Shown piece by piece: positions 36,171 through 48,635 of a stretch of 64,000 bases of DNA (position 1 is the first letter of the stretch; each line of letters opens with the position of its first letter). The position numbers and the translations under genes are program-made. Below the pieces are notes generated by a model. That model made no database searches. It was not told the origin of the DNA and saw only the letters and a program-made list of their open reading frames with translations. Source of the stretch: Mobula hypostoma (lineage: Eukaryota); NCBI RefSeq assembly GCF_963921235.1, contig NC_086097.1, forward strand, positions 26,600,001 through 26,664,000, in the 5' to 3' direction.

Positions 36171-36553
36171 ATATACCTATCTAAGAATTTTTTAAATGCT
36201 CCTAATGTGTCTATCTCTACTTCCACCATGGAAGGGTGCTCCTCACACTGAGAACTCCCTGCATAAAATATTACCTCTGACATTCCCGCGAGACTGCCCT
36301 CCAATCACCTTAAAATTATGCCCCCTTGTATTATCCTTTTCCACCCTGGGAAAAGGTCTCTGGCTGTCCACTCGATCTATGCCTCTTATCATCTTGTACA
36401 CCTCTATCAGTCACCTTTCACCTTCCTTCACTCCAAACAGAAAACCCCTAAAATCTCATCCCATCCTCTTGTCAGATTCTATTCTAGAAAAAGATAATTT
36501 TGATGAAATGAATTGTTTTATTCAAAACAATTGATTTGTTTTCGACCAGTTTT

Positions 36554-36631
36554 CATGACAGGCTATTCCCTTTATCTTCATATTTATTCTCCCAAGGAGA
36601 AATATAAAAATAAAGGGAATATCCTGTCATG
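36554..36631. repeat. 78-nt inverted repeat / hairpin
   Basis: catgacaggctattccctttat ... ataaagggaatatcctgtcatg (22 bp, 1 mismatch), with an imperfect inner stem closing on a caa loop. Confidence 0.85.
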
Positions 36632-36645
36632 CAAATAGCAGCAAT

Positions 36646-37152
36646 TCTCATTCACAAGGTGCTTTTGCCCACAAAATGCCGTTTGCTGGATTTTTTTTTT
36701 GGGGGGTGCACCATTTTCTATAAGTTCTAGAGACCATTGCGCATGAAAATCCCAGGAGATCAGCAGTTTCTGAGAAACTCAAACCATCCTGTCTGGCACC
36801 AATAATCATTCCATGATCAAAGTCACTCAGATCACATTTCTTCTCTATCCTGACATTTAGTCTGAACAACTGAACCTCTTGACCATTCCTGCGTGCTTTT
36901 ATGCACTGAGTTGCTGCCACATGAATGGCTGAATATTGACAGAGGTCAGAGGAGAATCGCGAGACTTGTTCAAACTGGCGACAGTAACTCAAATAACCAG
37001 ACATTACAACAGTGGTGTGCAACAGATTATCTCTGTTCGCACAACATGTCAAACCTTGAAGTGGATAGACTGCAGCAGCAGAAACGAACATAAAGCAAAA
37101 GTCCAATTTATTAAGTCAATCCTGTACCAAATAAAGTGGCTACTGAGAGTAT
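36646..37152. mobile_element. Tc1-derived element with its 5' half inverted
   Basis: Minus strand EKKCDLSDFDHGMIIGARQDGLSFSETADLLGFS at 36646-36935; the plus-strand continuation agaggtcagaggag runs to the TIR aataaagtggctactgagag-ta. Confidence 0.8.
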
Positions 37153-37839
37153 TCCATTGATAACGTAACTGGTCATTGTAAATTGTCCTGTGATTAGGTA
37201 AGGGTTAAATAGGTGGGTTGATAGGTGATACTGCTCAGTAAGGCAGAAGGGCCTGATCCATGCTGTACCTCTAAATAAATAAGTAAAAATAAAATAATAA
37301 ACCTGATTTAATACCATCAAGATGAACTATGCAGAGAGCACTTTGTGTTTGACGTGAAGCAGAAACAGAAATTCAAGACTGCAAGAATGATGTAAGCATT
37401 TGTTGAACAAAATGCACAAAGAGTATTGCTACAAAATGGATAATAACCACTAGCTTTCATGAATTATCTAGATTTATGGAAAGGGCATTGAATTCATAAT
37501 TGGGTCAACCTCAACTTTGTGCTTTGAAACATTACAGTCAAAACTATTCCAACTTCTTAGAATCTTTATTCCTTCATTGTTCAGAAATGTTCTGAATAGA
37601 ACTCAGCGCATCAGCTTTGTTTCAATATGTGGCAATATGAGGAAAAAAGTCATTATTAAACATAAAATAACTTCCACATACATTTTTCATAGAAGATAAT
37701 CTTTCCATTTCAGCCACAGTACTGTAAATAAAAAGTGCACATTAACTCCAGCACCTTACTGCTTTTATTCTTTGCTTTGAGGGATACTACATTTTAGTGG
37801 ATGATCACCCCCACAATGTCTGCCAAATCTGCTCATCTA

Positions 37840-38410
37840 TAAGACCATAAGACATAGGAGCAGAATTCCACCATTTGGCCCATTGAATCTGCTCCACCAT
37901 TCCATCATGGCTGATTTATTTCCCTCTCAGCCCCATTCTCTTGCCTTCTCTTCATAACCTCCGACATACTTATTAATCAAGAAACAATCAACCTCTGTTT
38001 CAAATATACCCATTGACTTGGCATCCATAAGCATCCATGGCAATAAATTCCAAAGATTCACCACCTTCTGGCAAAAAAAAATCCTCTTCATCACTGTTCT
38101 AAAGGCACGTCCTTGTATTCTGAGGCCGCTGCCTCTCATTCTAGACTCCCCCACTGTAGAAAACATCCTCTTCATGTCCACTCTATCTAGGCCTTTCAAT
38201 ATTTGATAGGTTTCAATGAGATTCCTCCCACCCCCCATTCTCCTAAACTCCAGTGAGTACAGGTCCAGAGCCATCAAACACTCCTCATACATCAACCCTT
38301 TCATTCCTGGGATCCTTCTTCAATACCAGCAGTCCTTTCTTCGAAAAGGGGCCTAAAACTAGTCACAATACTCTCAAGTACATTCCAACTAATGCCTTAC
38401 GAAGCCTCAA
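37840..38410 (-). mobile_element. CR1 3' fragment
   Basis: ORF 37927-38304 LYSLEFRRM..LIETYQILKGLDRVD; CR1 tail. Confidence 0.88.
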
Positions 38411-39294
38411 CTAGTTAGGAAGTCAGCCAGAATCTTTTTTTTTTCTCTCAGGATAGGAATGTCAAAAACTGGAAAACATATATTTAAAGTGAGTGGAGGA
38501 AAAGCTTAAAGGAAATGTGAGGGGGACTTTTTCTTTACGGAGAATGATAGGTGCCTGGAATGTGTTTCCAGAAGTAATGGTGGATTCAGGCACAACAATG
38601 GTGTTTAACAGGCTGTTAAACAGGCATATGAACATGCAGGGAATGGAGAGATATGGATCATGTGCAGAAGGATGCACAATTTAATTTGGCATCATGTTTG
38701 ATACAGACATTTGGACCAAATTGCCTGTTCTATATTCAATGATCACAAAAATATGTATGCATGATCCAGCTCGAAAAGATGCAGAAAGGTATATGCTGGA
38801 TCTATTTTATAGATTTGTGCTTCTCTCTTAAGGGGGGAAAACAAGGTCCCCTCAGAATAGTTGGTTGCCATGGAAGCATCATACCTCCACCTGGCACTTC
38901 CCCCAGAATGATCCAACATAGATACACAGAGCTTTCAGTCTTCAAGTGTGCAAAAAATGGAAAAGATAAAATTGAGATATTGTTTTACTCTCTTAAACTA
39001 AAAATGAGAAATTTAATCCAGAAACACATAGCTCATCACTGTGAGTTAGTTACTATGCTGGCATTTTACTACGTCAAGAAAAACACCATTTTTTTTCCTA
39101 CCCTCATACTTTGAGGGGGGAAAAATCTCACAAAGAGCAAACACAAGTATTCATGTAGATATGGAAATTAATATAACTGGACACAGAATATAACTGTAGC
39201 CGTGAATATACAAAGTGACATAGGATGGTCCAAGAAAAACTCCAAGTATATGAAACAGCTACATTGTTTCAAAACACACAAAATTTTGGAGAGA

Positions 39295-39394
39295 AGCAAC
39301 ACACACAAAATGCTGGTGGAATGCAGCAGGCCAGGCAGCATCATTTTGTGTGGGTTGCTTGAATTTCCAGTATCTGCAGATTTTCTCATGTTTG
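39295..39394. mobile_element. Collapsed inverted Penelope-like mini-insertion
   Basis: TSD aaattttggag (39281-39291, 39395-39405); a reverse 3' arm is joined to a forward 3' arm plus tail. Confidence 0.8.
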
Positions 39395-39832
39395 AAATTT
39401 TGGAGGGACTCAGGAAGTCAGCCAGGAAGGGAATAAACATTGTTTCAAACAGAATCCTGTGCAAAAGTGAATAAGGCCATATTGCAAGTGGACTCGGTTG
39501 AAAATTATTCCACAGAATGCAAGAGAAATAAAGAAGCAGTGATCATGTATCATTTATTTCAGGTTTGTAAAATTCTGTAATCTGCAGTAGGGTAGTAAGA
39601 TTTAAAACTGTACTTCCATACGTCTTAAATAGTGAGAAACAAAAAGATTACATGAATCTTGGGGTCAAGCATATTTATTTAAGTCTACATGTTATAATAG
39701 CAGTCGGCATAATAGAGTCATATATTTCAATTATACACTATACTGTGACAGTGAATTTAGCACCAATAAACAGTCATTCAACTGTTCACCTGAGGACCAC
39801 ACCTTGTCCAAAATGCAAACAGAAATCCTCAC

Positions 39833-40324
39833 ATAGAAACCATAGAAAAACTACAGCACAGAAGCAGGCCTTTTGGCCCTTCTTGGCTGTGCCGAACTAT
39901 TTTCTGCCCAGTCCCACTGACCTGCACGCGGACCATATCCCTCCATACACCTCCCATCCATGTATCTGTCCAATTTATTCTTAAATGTTAAAAAAGAACC
40001 CGCATTTACCACCTCATCTGGCAGCTCATTCCACACTCCCACCACTGTGTGTGTGAAGAAGCCCCCGCAATGTTCCCTTTAAACTTTTCCCCCTTCATCC
40101 TTAACCCATGTCCTCTGGTTTTTTTCTCCCCTTGCCTCAGTGGAAAAAGCCTGCTTGCATTCACTCTATCTATACCCATCATAATTTTATATACCTCCAT
40201 CAAATCTCCCCTCATTCTTCTACGCTCCAGGGAATAAAGTCCTAACCTACTCAACCTTTCTCTGTAACTGAGTTTCTTAAGTCCTGGCAACATCCTTGTA
40301 AACCTTCTCTGCACTCTTTCAACC
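39833..40324 (-). mobile_element. CR1 3' fragment, low divergence
   Basis: VERVQRRFTRMLPGLKKLSYRERLSRLGLYSLERRRMRGDL; tail tttctatggtttctatg. Confidence 0.9.
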
Positions 40325-41509
40325 AAAGATATTTAGAATCCAGTAAAGTCACTAGATTTTGATATTTGGAATCAATCTGAATCATCAAGACAAATCCAAA
40401 TTACAAATTTAAATTTAAAGGATATTTTGCGTTGTTTTTTGTTAACAAGAGCAATGATCAATAAACTGGTGGATGACAAGAGGTTTGTGATGTTGTTGAT
40501 AGCGACAAAGGTTGTCTGGATCAAGTAGGGCAGAGCATTAGTAAATGGAATTGAGACCACAACTGGAACTTAATCCCAACAAGGGTGAGGTTATGCATTT
40601 TGGTAGGTTAAATAGGGATATATACTATAAATGATTGTAGCCTAAAGAATGTTTACGATCAAAGGGATTTTCAAGGTAAGGTTCATTGTTTTGCATGGAT
40701 GAAAGGAAAATGGAGAATTATGTGAGAAGGGAGGGTTAGTTTGATTTTAGAACATTATGGACTGAAGGACCTCTAATGGTCTATGTCCTACGTTTCCTGA
40801 AAGTGGCAACATAGTTAGAGACTGTAGGATGGTGGAGGAAGCATATGGAAGCATAGAATATGAAAGTTGGGAGATTGTGTTTAAACATCACAAATCACCA
40901 TATTAGGAGTGTTGTGTGCAGTCCTAGTTGCCACTCTATAGGTAGGATCTGGCTGTGCTGAAGTGAGTGAGGAGGAGATTCAATTCACCAGCATGTCTCT
41001 TGGATTGTGGCACCTTTGTCACAGGGACAGACTGCATAGGCTTGACTTGTTTTCCTTGTACTGAAAGAGGCTGAGGGGTGACCTGATCCATCTAGATTAA
41101 GTTATGCAAGGCAATAGATAAGGTGGATAGACTGAATCACTTTTCCCAAGGTAAGATTATCAAAAACAAGAAAGCACAGGTTTACGGTGAGAGGAAGAAT
41201 GTTTAAAGACTATTTGAGGACAGATCTTTTTTAAAAAAAATAATGCAAAGTGCTGGATATCTGAAACTTATTGCCAGAAGAACTGATGATCAAATACAAT
41301 TAACTATTTAAAACATAGTAGATTGGCGTTAAAGTGGACAATGCATAGGAGCCAGGTGTAATGTAGGCAAATAGAATTCATGAATGTGAACAAAAAGGGT
41401 CGGCATAGACGTGGCGGATCGAAGGGCCTGTTTCTGTGCTGTGCAGTTCTGTGACTCTTAAAAACTTAAGAAACTATCCAGAATTTACAAAGTAAATAAT
41501 GCAGCATTG

Positions 41510-42790
41510 GGAGAATGAGGAAAAAGCGGCCGGAGGGCAACAACTACCTGAGGCATTAAAGTTTAGAGACTACTTCACTTAAAAGGTAGCAGCTCCCTTC
41601 GGTTTATAAATACACGTGAGGACATGCAAAACATCCATCCGTCATAAATGAAAATCATTATCTGGAGCAAACCACGCAGTCACCGTCTTTACATATTTTA
41701 ATCTTCAACATCAACCACCAACATAACCTATCTACTGTATCGTGATTAGCCGTGATCGGCGAACTTCAGGCATTTAAAATGCGCCGACTCAAACAGACAG
41801 CCTTCAGCTCAAACGCGGGGTAGTGTGTTGTAATTATGAAAATGAAAGTGAACAGCTTCATTCCAAAAGGGCTAAACTGTGACAAGGAAGAGTCACAAAC
41901 GAAGAGTACGCCGTTATTTAATAAATGCAATTCAGCAAGTGAGAATAATAAATTGGAATCGCTATTGCTCAGATTTCTAGTTTCAATGAACTGGAATCAC
42001 ATAATAAATGACAATCGCCACAGGGAACAACGGAATAGCCCGTCCCTTACGGATTTTTTTTCCAGGCACGCGATTACGAAAAAAAATGCCAGATTTGCAC
42101 ACTAACGCCGATCTGCCGCCCTGTGTGCAGCGCAGGGTCGCCAACAAAAAAGATAAACAGTGCAGCAAACGCTGTAACATTGGCGGAGCTTTTTGATAGA
42201 TCGGATCTGGCCGTTGAAATATTCTCAAAGCATCATTCAGGTATGTGTAGAATTAAAATCGTGCACTGCAGCAATAAAACCCCGGCGGCGGCAAACGTAT
42301 AGCCCAAGCGCCTGCGAACATAATGCAATTAGAGCTGGCGAGCAAAGATTAAAACCTCGACTGAGATGCTGATTTAGTAACCTTTTTAATCCCGAACTCG
42401 GCGTGCTCCCTCCTCTGTTTAGTGCATTCCGCATCCGCCCTGGCTACGAAATAACCATTTCCATTTCATATTCCTCCAGGTAATCCTTGCATTTCTGGTC
42501 TGCTTCCGTGTTGATATATTTTAATCCTTTCGGAGCTGCTCAAATAAAATTCCAACCAGTGTAAGAATCGCACCCGCACGCTGATGTCTCCCCGATTCCT
42601 TTCTGTCCTTTTCCAACTCATCGCACCGCACGGGAAAGGAGGGACGTCCTCTGGGTCCTAATGCTCTCCGACGCACTCCGACTGCACACTATGACGGTGA
42701 CATAGTGCCCGCTAACTCCTCGCAGGATCTTTTTCAGTAACAGAAATAAAATAAGGAGTCGCGTTATAAAGTCATATACTACGGAAACAG
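41510..42790. promoter_or_regulatory. CpG-retaining, repeat-free island: candidate alternative promoter or enhancer
   Basis: Dense CpGs against a CpG-depleted background; possible minus-strand donor tcc|gtaagg at 42050 and a plus-strand exon-like unit at 42066-42240. Confidence 0.55.
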
Positions 42791-43155
42791 GCCCTTCGAC
42801 CCAACTCGTCCATGCCAACCAAAATACCCATCTTAGTTTGTTCTAGTTTCTGGCGTTTGGCCCATAGCTCTCTGAACTTACACCCGTCCGAATGCTTTTT
42901 AAAAGTTGTTAATGTACCTGCCTCAACCACTTCCATTGGCAGCTCACTCCATACATGTACCATTCTCTGGATGAAAAAGTTACCCCTCAGGTTCTCAATA
43001 AAATTTTCCCCTCTCACCTTAAACTTGTACCCTCAATTTCTAGATTCTCAAACCCTGGGAAAAAAGGCTGAGAGCATTCACCCTATCTATGCCCCTCAGG
43101 ATGTTGCACACTCTGAGAGAACAGCTCCTGGAGACAATTCAATGACTCCACATAT

Positions 43156-43404
43156 AACATACAGGAAATGCTGAAGGAATGTAGAAGGTCAGGCAGCATC
43201 TAAGGAGAAACCTGTCAGTTTGTACTCCTTCCCTTCCTCCACCTTTTTATTCTGCCTTCTTCCCCCTTCCTTTCCAGTCCTGATGAAGGGTCTCGGCTCA
43301 AAATGTTTGACTGTTCATTCCTCTCAGATGCTGCCTGACTTGCCAAGTTCCTCCAGCATTTTGTTTGTGTTACTCTGGATTTCCAGCAACTGCAGAATCT
43401 CCTG
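43156..43404 (+). mobile_element. Inverted Penelope-like mini-insertion
   Basis: Near-perfect flanking duplication tccacat(a/t)taacat (43147-43160, 43405-43418); short reverse arm plus forward arm with ctgatgaagggtctcgg and tail. Confidence 0.75.
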
Positions 43405-46400
43405 TCCACATTTAACATTTGTTTTTAAAATAAAGCATTAATGTAGAACTTGTAATAGCACAAGGAGATACAATTGTATGGGGTATACATTGTATGTCCT
43501 TGTCTGCTCTGGGGGCTGGTAAATAAAGCCAGTTTTCCATCACAGCATGCGCATTGATTCATTCTATCACATCATCAGGCCATTTTTACGTCATTTTTTC
43601 CTCTTGAGCTTATTAGTTGCAAGTCATATTAGAAAAGCATATGCTATCTACTAACTACTTCTCTGGCCTACCATATCGATTGCCCTATCCATCCCTCCCC
43701 CACCTTATCTTTCCCAGTTCCGACCCTGGATCTTTGACCTGAAATTCTAACTCTCTCTCATTTTCACATATGCTGTCTATCCAGCAATGCAAAGTTTTGG
43801 ATAAGTAGAATTGGATAACAAACTAAAGTTACCAAATTTGGGAGATCCATACTGTCACATGCATTGAATGCCATTGTTCATCACTAATGGTGCAGCCACC
43901 TCCTTATGTGGTATTGCACTCACCCAGAAAACACTAGCTATCTGTCTCAAAGGACACCAGGAATGAAAAAGTGCTTTGTATATTTTGTGTACATCAACAG
44001 ATGGCCAGGAGGTGAATTACGGACACGTGGAGGGTAATTCCTTGGTTTTGAATTGCATGCAAACTCATGCTTCAGTACTCCCACAAAGAAATTCAACAAA
44101 TCAAAACTCCAACAATACACTGCTGATCACCTATTACGCTACAGTAAATTTCAGATGTTCATTTCTTGGATAAAGTGGGGACCAGACAGCAATTAGATGC
44201 ATCCCATATAACAGACTAAAATGTTGAGATTTAAAACAACTCCTCTTATTGTTATCTCTAGATCCCACAGTCATCGTGATACTGCACATCCAGAAGAAAT
44301 ACTGTCACAAGAAAGTAGCATCCATAATTGAGACCCCTCCCCCCACCCCACTGTCCATGCCATATTCTCTTCTTATTACAGCCATCAGGAAGGAGGTACA
44401 TGAACACTTCAGGTTCAAGGAAAGGTATTAACCATCTACAATCAGGCTCCTGAACCGGAGTGGGATAACTTCACTTATCTCAACATTGAACTGATTCCAC
44501 AATCCATGGACTCACTTTCAAGGATTCTACAACTCATGTTCTCAGTATTATTCATTTATTTTAGTGTTGTTTATGAATCTTTGTTTGTAGTTTTTCATTG
44601 ATCCTATTGTATTTCTCTGTTCTTCTATAAATGCCTGCAAGAAAATGAATCTCAAAGTAGCATTTTGATAATAAATTTACAATGAACAATACTCAGCCTG
44701 CTCAACTTCACAACAAGCCAAAAATACATCTATAGTCAAGAACTAGCTAGCATGATAGAAAGGATAGAGTGGCATACAGTTTTTAGAGCTCATTTGAGAG
44801 TACTAGGAATTCATGCAGTTTGGTGTCTCATATGTGTTACTTGATGAAGCTTTGCAGTTTGGCAACAGAGAGATAAGCAAGCTGAGGTAAACCACACCCC
44901 CAATGCAAGCATTACAAAAACAACTATCCAAATTGGTAGTTTATAGAGGAACTATTGAGGAAATGACTACTTAAATGCAGGAACTATATGCCACAAATGT
45001 TAATTAAGGGGTTACTACAAATATCAATCTACAAAATGGAAGAAATTGAGAAGTTCATCTCATGCAGCCAACAAAGTAGATTACTCTGTTCACTTTGTCA
45101 ATTTTCTTCATATACAGAAGATGTTAAAGGGGAGGAGGGAATAATTAGAAGTGTACAAACATTGGAAGAATTATGCTACATGAGTAATTTCTTTGGTTGA
45201 CAGTTGATTGTAAGTTTATTTTACATAAAAATATTCACATTCCACTTCTAAAATACTCCTGTTTTTTTTTCTCTTAAACTTGTGCAGGATGTTTGCCAAG
45301 AGAAAAAAAATCAAACATATTTTGTATTCCTAAGAAAATATCAAGGCTTTTGTTACTGTAGACTTCAAGATGTAATAATTTAACATGTTCAGTTTATATT
45401 TATCAGCTGCTAAGCTGGTAAGGGGTAAATCCTTTCAAATTTACACATGGGTTAAATTTTTAGGTCAATTTATCATAATAATCTGCTGTCCAAGTTATGT
45501 TTAAAATAGAAACAGTAAAAACAAGGACAAGAGTTGTGCCAAAATCCTTGTAACTAGGAGAGTACTTAAATACATCAGCAGCTGTTTTTCTCAAATCAAT
45601 ATTTGTATAGATTCCTCAAGATTAAGCCTATTTAAACATTGCAACCTTTACTAATGTCAACTTTCATGTCCAGTAGGTCAACTAATATTAATGTATTCTG
45701 GGAGCCAAGGCAGTTCTCCTATTGATTGCAAGGACATTAGTTCATCTGTATGAATTTCCTCAGGGCAAGTTATTCTGGATTCTGCCAGCTTTCTTTTCAG
45801 TCCTGATGAAGGGTCTCAGCCCAAGACATCAACTGTTTATTCACTTCTACAGATGCTGCCTGACTTGGTGAGTTCCTATAGAATTTGTGTTATTCAAGAC
45901 ACTTCTGAGCTGCTCACCCATCTATGAGTCACATCATCTTCATTCATTTTTAAAACAAAATATGTAATTTCATAGATCAAAGAAAAAGTGTGTCACTAGC
46001 CAGCTACAAACTTGGATAAGTTCTCAAAGGGAAGAGGTGACTGCTAAGATAGACCAACAGTACTTTTGGCATTCCATTGACTTGGTAACAGAATCTTCAT
46101 CTTAATTTTCATTTAAGTGTCTGCAACTGAGAAACTATAAGTTTAAAGTGTGTACAATGAAGTCTATTTGCAATAAAATCATAGGTCTGTGAGAGGAATA
46201 CTCAAAGTAAAGTAGGACTGAAATCTGAGGTTTCAGTCACCGGAGATTTTTTTTAAATAAAACAAAATCAACATGAATTACATGCCTGAAATTGTCAGTT
46301 ACAAAATAGGTGTAATGCTGTTTCCATTAATGTTAAAGAAGCACTTTACTGCTGCAGGGAATTCAAAGAATAAATATATTGTTCAATACAGCATTAATAC

Positions 46401-46764
46401 ACCAAATGTACATGTCCTTACTGCATTGGCGATCAGAACTTCAGCTTGCAAAAAAGTCGTCCAATTTAAGCCTGGCAGATGGCAGGTTCTAATTTCACAG
46501 CTTGAAAGATTTTAAGTACTGCAGTTTTATTGCATGGTAAATGTATACATTTGCGGTCAGAAACTTATAGCTTGCAAAACAAAAAAAGACAATAGGGCAA
46601 CACCTGTCGTAGAATCCCCTTCAGATTAAATGTCATGTTATAAAGTTCCAGAGGATTTCCTATAGCATTACTCATAGTCCTAATACAAGGGAACAAATAG
46701 CAAATAGTACATTGAAAGGGTGATGGAAACAGAGGGTTTGAGACCAGAGGATGTCAGTGCAGCA

Positions 46765-47520
46765 TAAGACTATAACCTAGAGGAGCTGAAATAGGCCACT
46801 CAGCCCACTGAGTTTTCTCTGCCATTCCATCATGACTGATTTACTATTATCCCTCTCAACCCCAATCCTCCTGCCTTCTCCCTGTAATCTTTGATGCCCA
46901 TACTATCAATCTCCACTTTAAACTTTAAACTTGCCAATGACTTGGCCTCCACAGCCATCTGTGGCAATGAATTTCAGAGATTCACCACCCTCTTGCTCAA
47001 GAAATTCCTTCTCATCACTGTTCCAAAGGCACATCATTGTTTTCTGAGACTGTGCCCTGTGATCCTAGACTCCCCCACTGTAGGAAACATACTCTCCACA
47101 CCACTCTATCTAGGCCTTTCAATATTCAATATGTTTGAATGAAAGCCCTCCTTGCTTGTTACATACACCTGTTAGGGTGCATTCTCCAGTTACCTTATAA
47201 GGTAACCATAGCCTTCAGCCAGGAGCAGATGTCATCAGGTGGTTCCCAACCTTCACCAAGTGTTTCGACCCTTAACCACGACACTCTCCAGTTGGTGGGC
47301 CGGCAGTGGTGGCCAAATCACTGCCCATCTGTTCCTGGCTTCCAGCTCGCCTCCTCTCGCCTACTCCAAATCCAGCAAGAGGCTCGTTCTGCCTCTTCCC
47401 CCATCCTACGAGCTGCTTGTTTTTTGCTTCTTTCATCCAGGCCCAGATCTGACAACAACCGCCATGCTGATTTGGCTGGGAACTCCTCATTCTTCTAAAC
47501 TCCAGTGAGTACAGGCCAGA
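46765..47520 (-). mobile_element. CR1 3' fragment split by an unclassified 330-nt insertion (47153-47482)
   Basis: CR1 sequence resumes at ctcctcattcttctaaactccag; 5-bp duplication ctcct at 47148-47152 and 47483-47487. Confidence 0.8.
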
Positions 47521-48049
47521 TTCTGCCCCCATTGTTTCATAATTTTCCTCCAGATGGGCAATTACTTAATGGATTAGTCCCTTGTTGATCAAAGATTTCG
47601 CCAGAAATCTCTGCACTGGGAGCAGAAAGAGAAGTTTGAGGGAAGTTTCGGTATGAGGCAGCACAATATGTTGGATCACTGAGGTAGGCCTTCTCGTGAT
47701 ACAAGAACTGTAGCTGGAACACTTACAGCGAGCACAATTACAAGTTGTAATAGTACTGGATATACTATAGAGAAAGGAACCCATACCAGAACAAAATCAA
47801 AGACCACGTGAAGGTCATGCAGAACACCCAAATTTAATGGAGGAGAAGAGGGGACCATAAAGGTGTTCTTTTTTAATTTACATATTACAACACAGGAAGA
47901 GGCTCCCTATAGAGAATACTAACTCATCCTCTCTTTATTTCCCTTGGTCTCTCACATACTCATCAACTCATCTTTAATTCCTTCATCATTTATCAACACA
48001 AGGGATAAGTTTACACTAGCCAATTAACTAACCAGCATATCTTTGCATT

Positions 48050-48635
48050 AAACATAGAACATACAGCACACTACAGTCCCTTCGGCCCACCATGTTGTGC
48101 AAACCTTTTAACCTACTCTAAGATCAATTCAATCTAACTTTTTCTTCTCACAAGGCCCTCCGTTTTTTTTTATCATTCATGAGCCTATCAAAGTGTTTCT
48201 ATAATTTAATGCTCTTAATGCCCTGCCAGGGATGGTGCCTTCTCCACCATCCCTGGCAGGGCATCCATGTAGGAATTCTCTCTGTAAAGAAATTACCTCT
48301 GACTTTGTCCTATGCTTTCTTCCAATCACCTTAAAATTATGTCCCTGAAATTAGCTATATTCCCATCTGCGTTGTGAAAAAAGTCTCTGCTTGTCCAATT
48401 GATCTATGCCTCTTACCATTTTGTACACCTCTATCAAGTCACCTCTCATCCTCCTTCACTCCAAAGAGAACAGACCTAGCTCACTCAAACTATCTTCATA
48501 AGACATGCTCTCTAATCCAGGCAGCATCCCAGTAAACCTCCACTGCACCCTCCCTAAAGCTTCCACATCCTTCCTATAATGAGGTCACTAAAACTAAACA
48601 CAATATTCCACAAATGATCTAACCAAGGTCTGATA
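48050..48635 (-). mobile_element. CR1 3' fragment containing a perfect 20-bp hairpin
   Basis: LVRSFVEYCV..MLPGLESMSYED remnants; CR1 tail at 48050-48100. Confidence 0.85.

Noticed and set aside
38885..38939. Possible 55-nt minus-strand exon (pyrimidine tract..gaag| ... gag|gtatga)
   Set aside because: The AAG acceptor is weak and there is no independent support; such pairs arise by chance in 60 kb.
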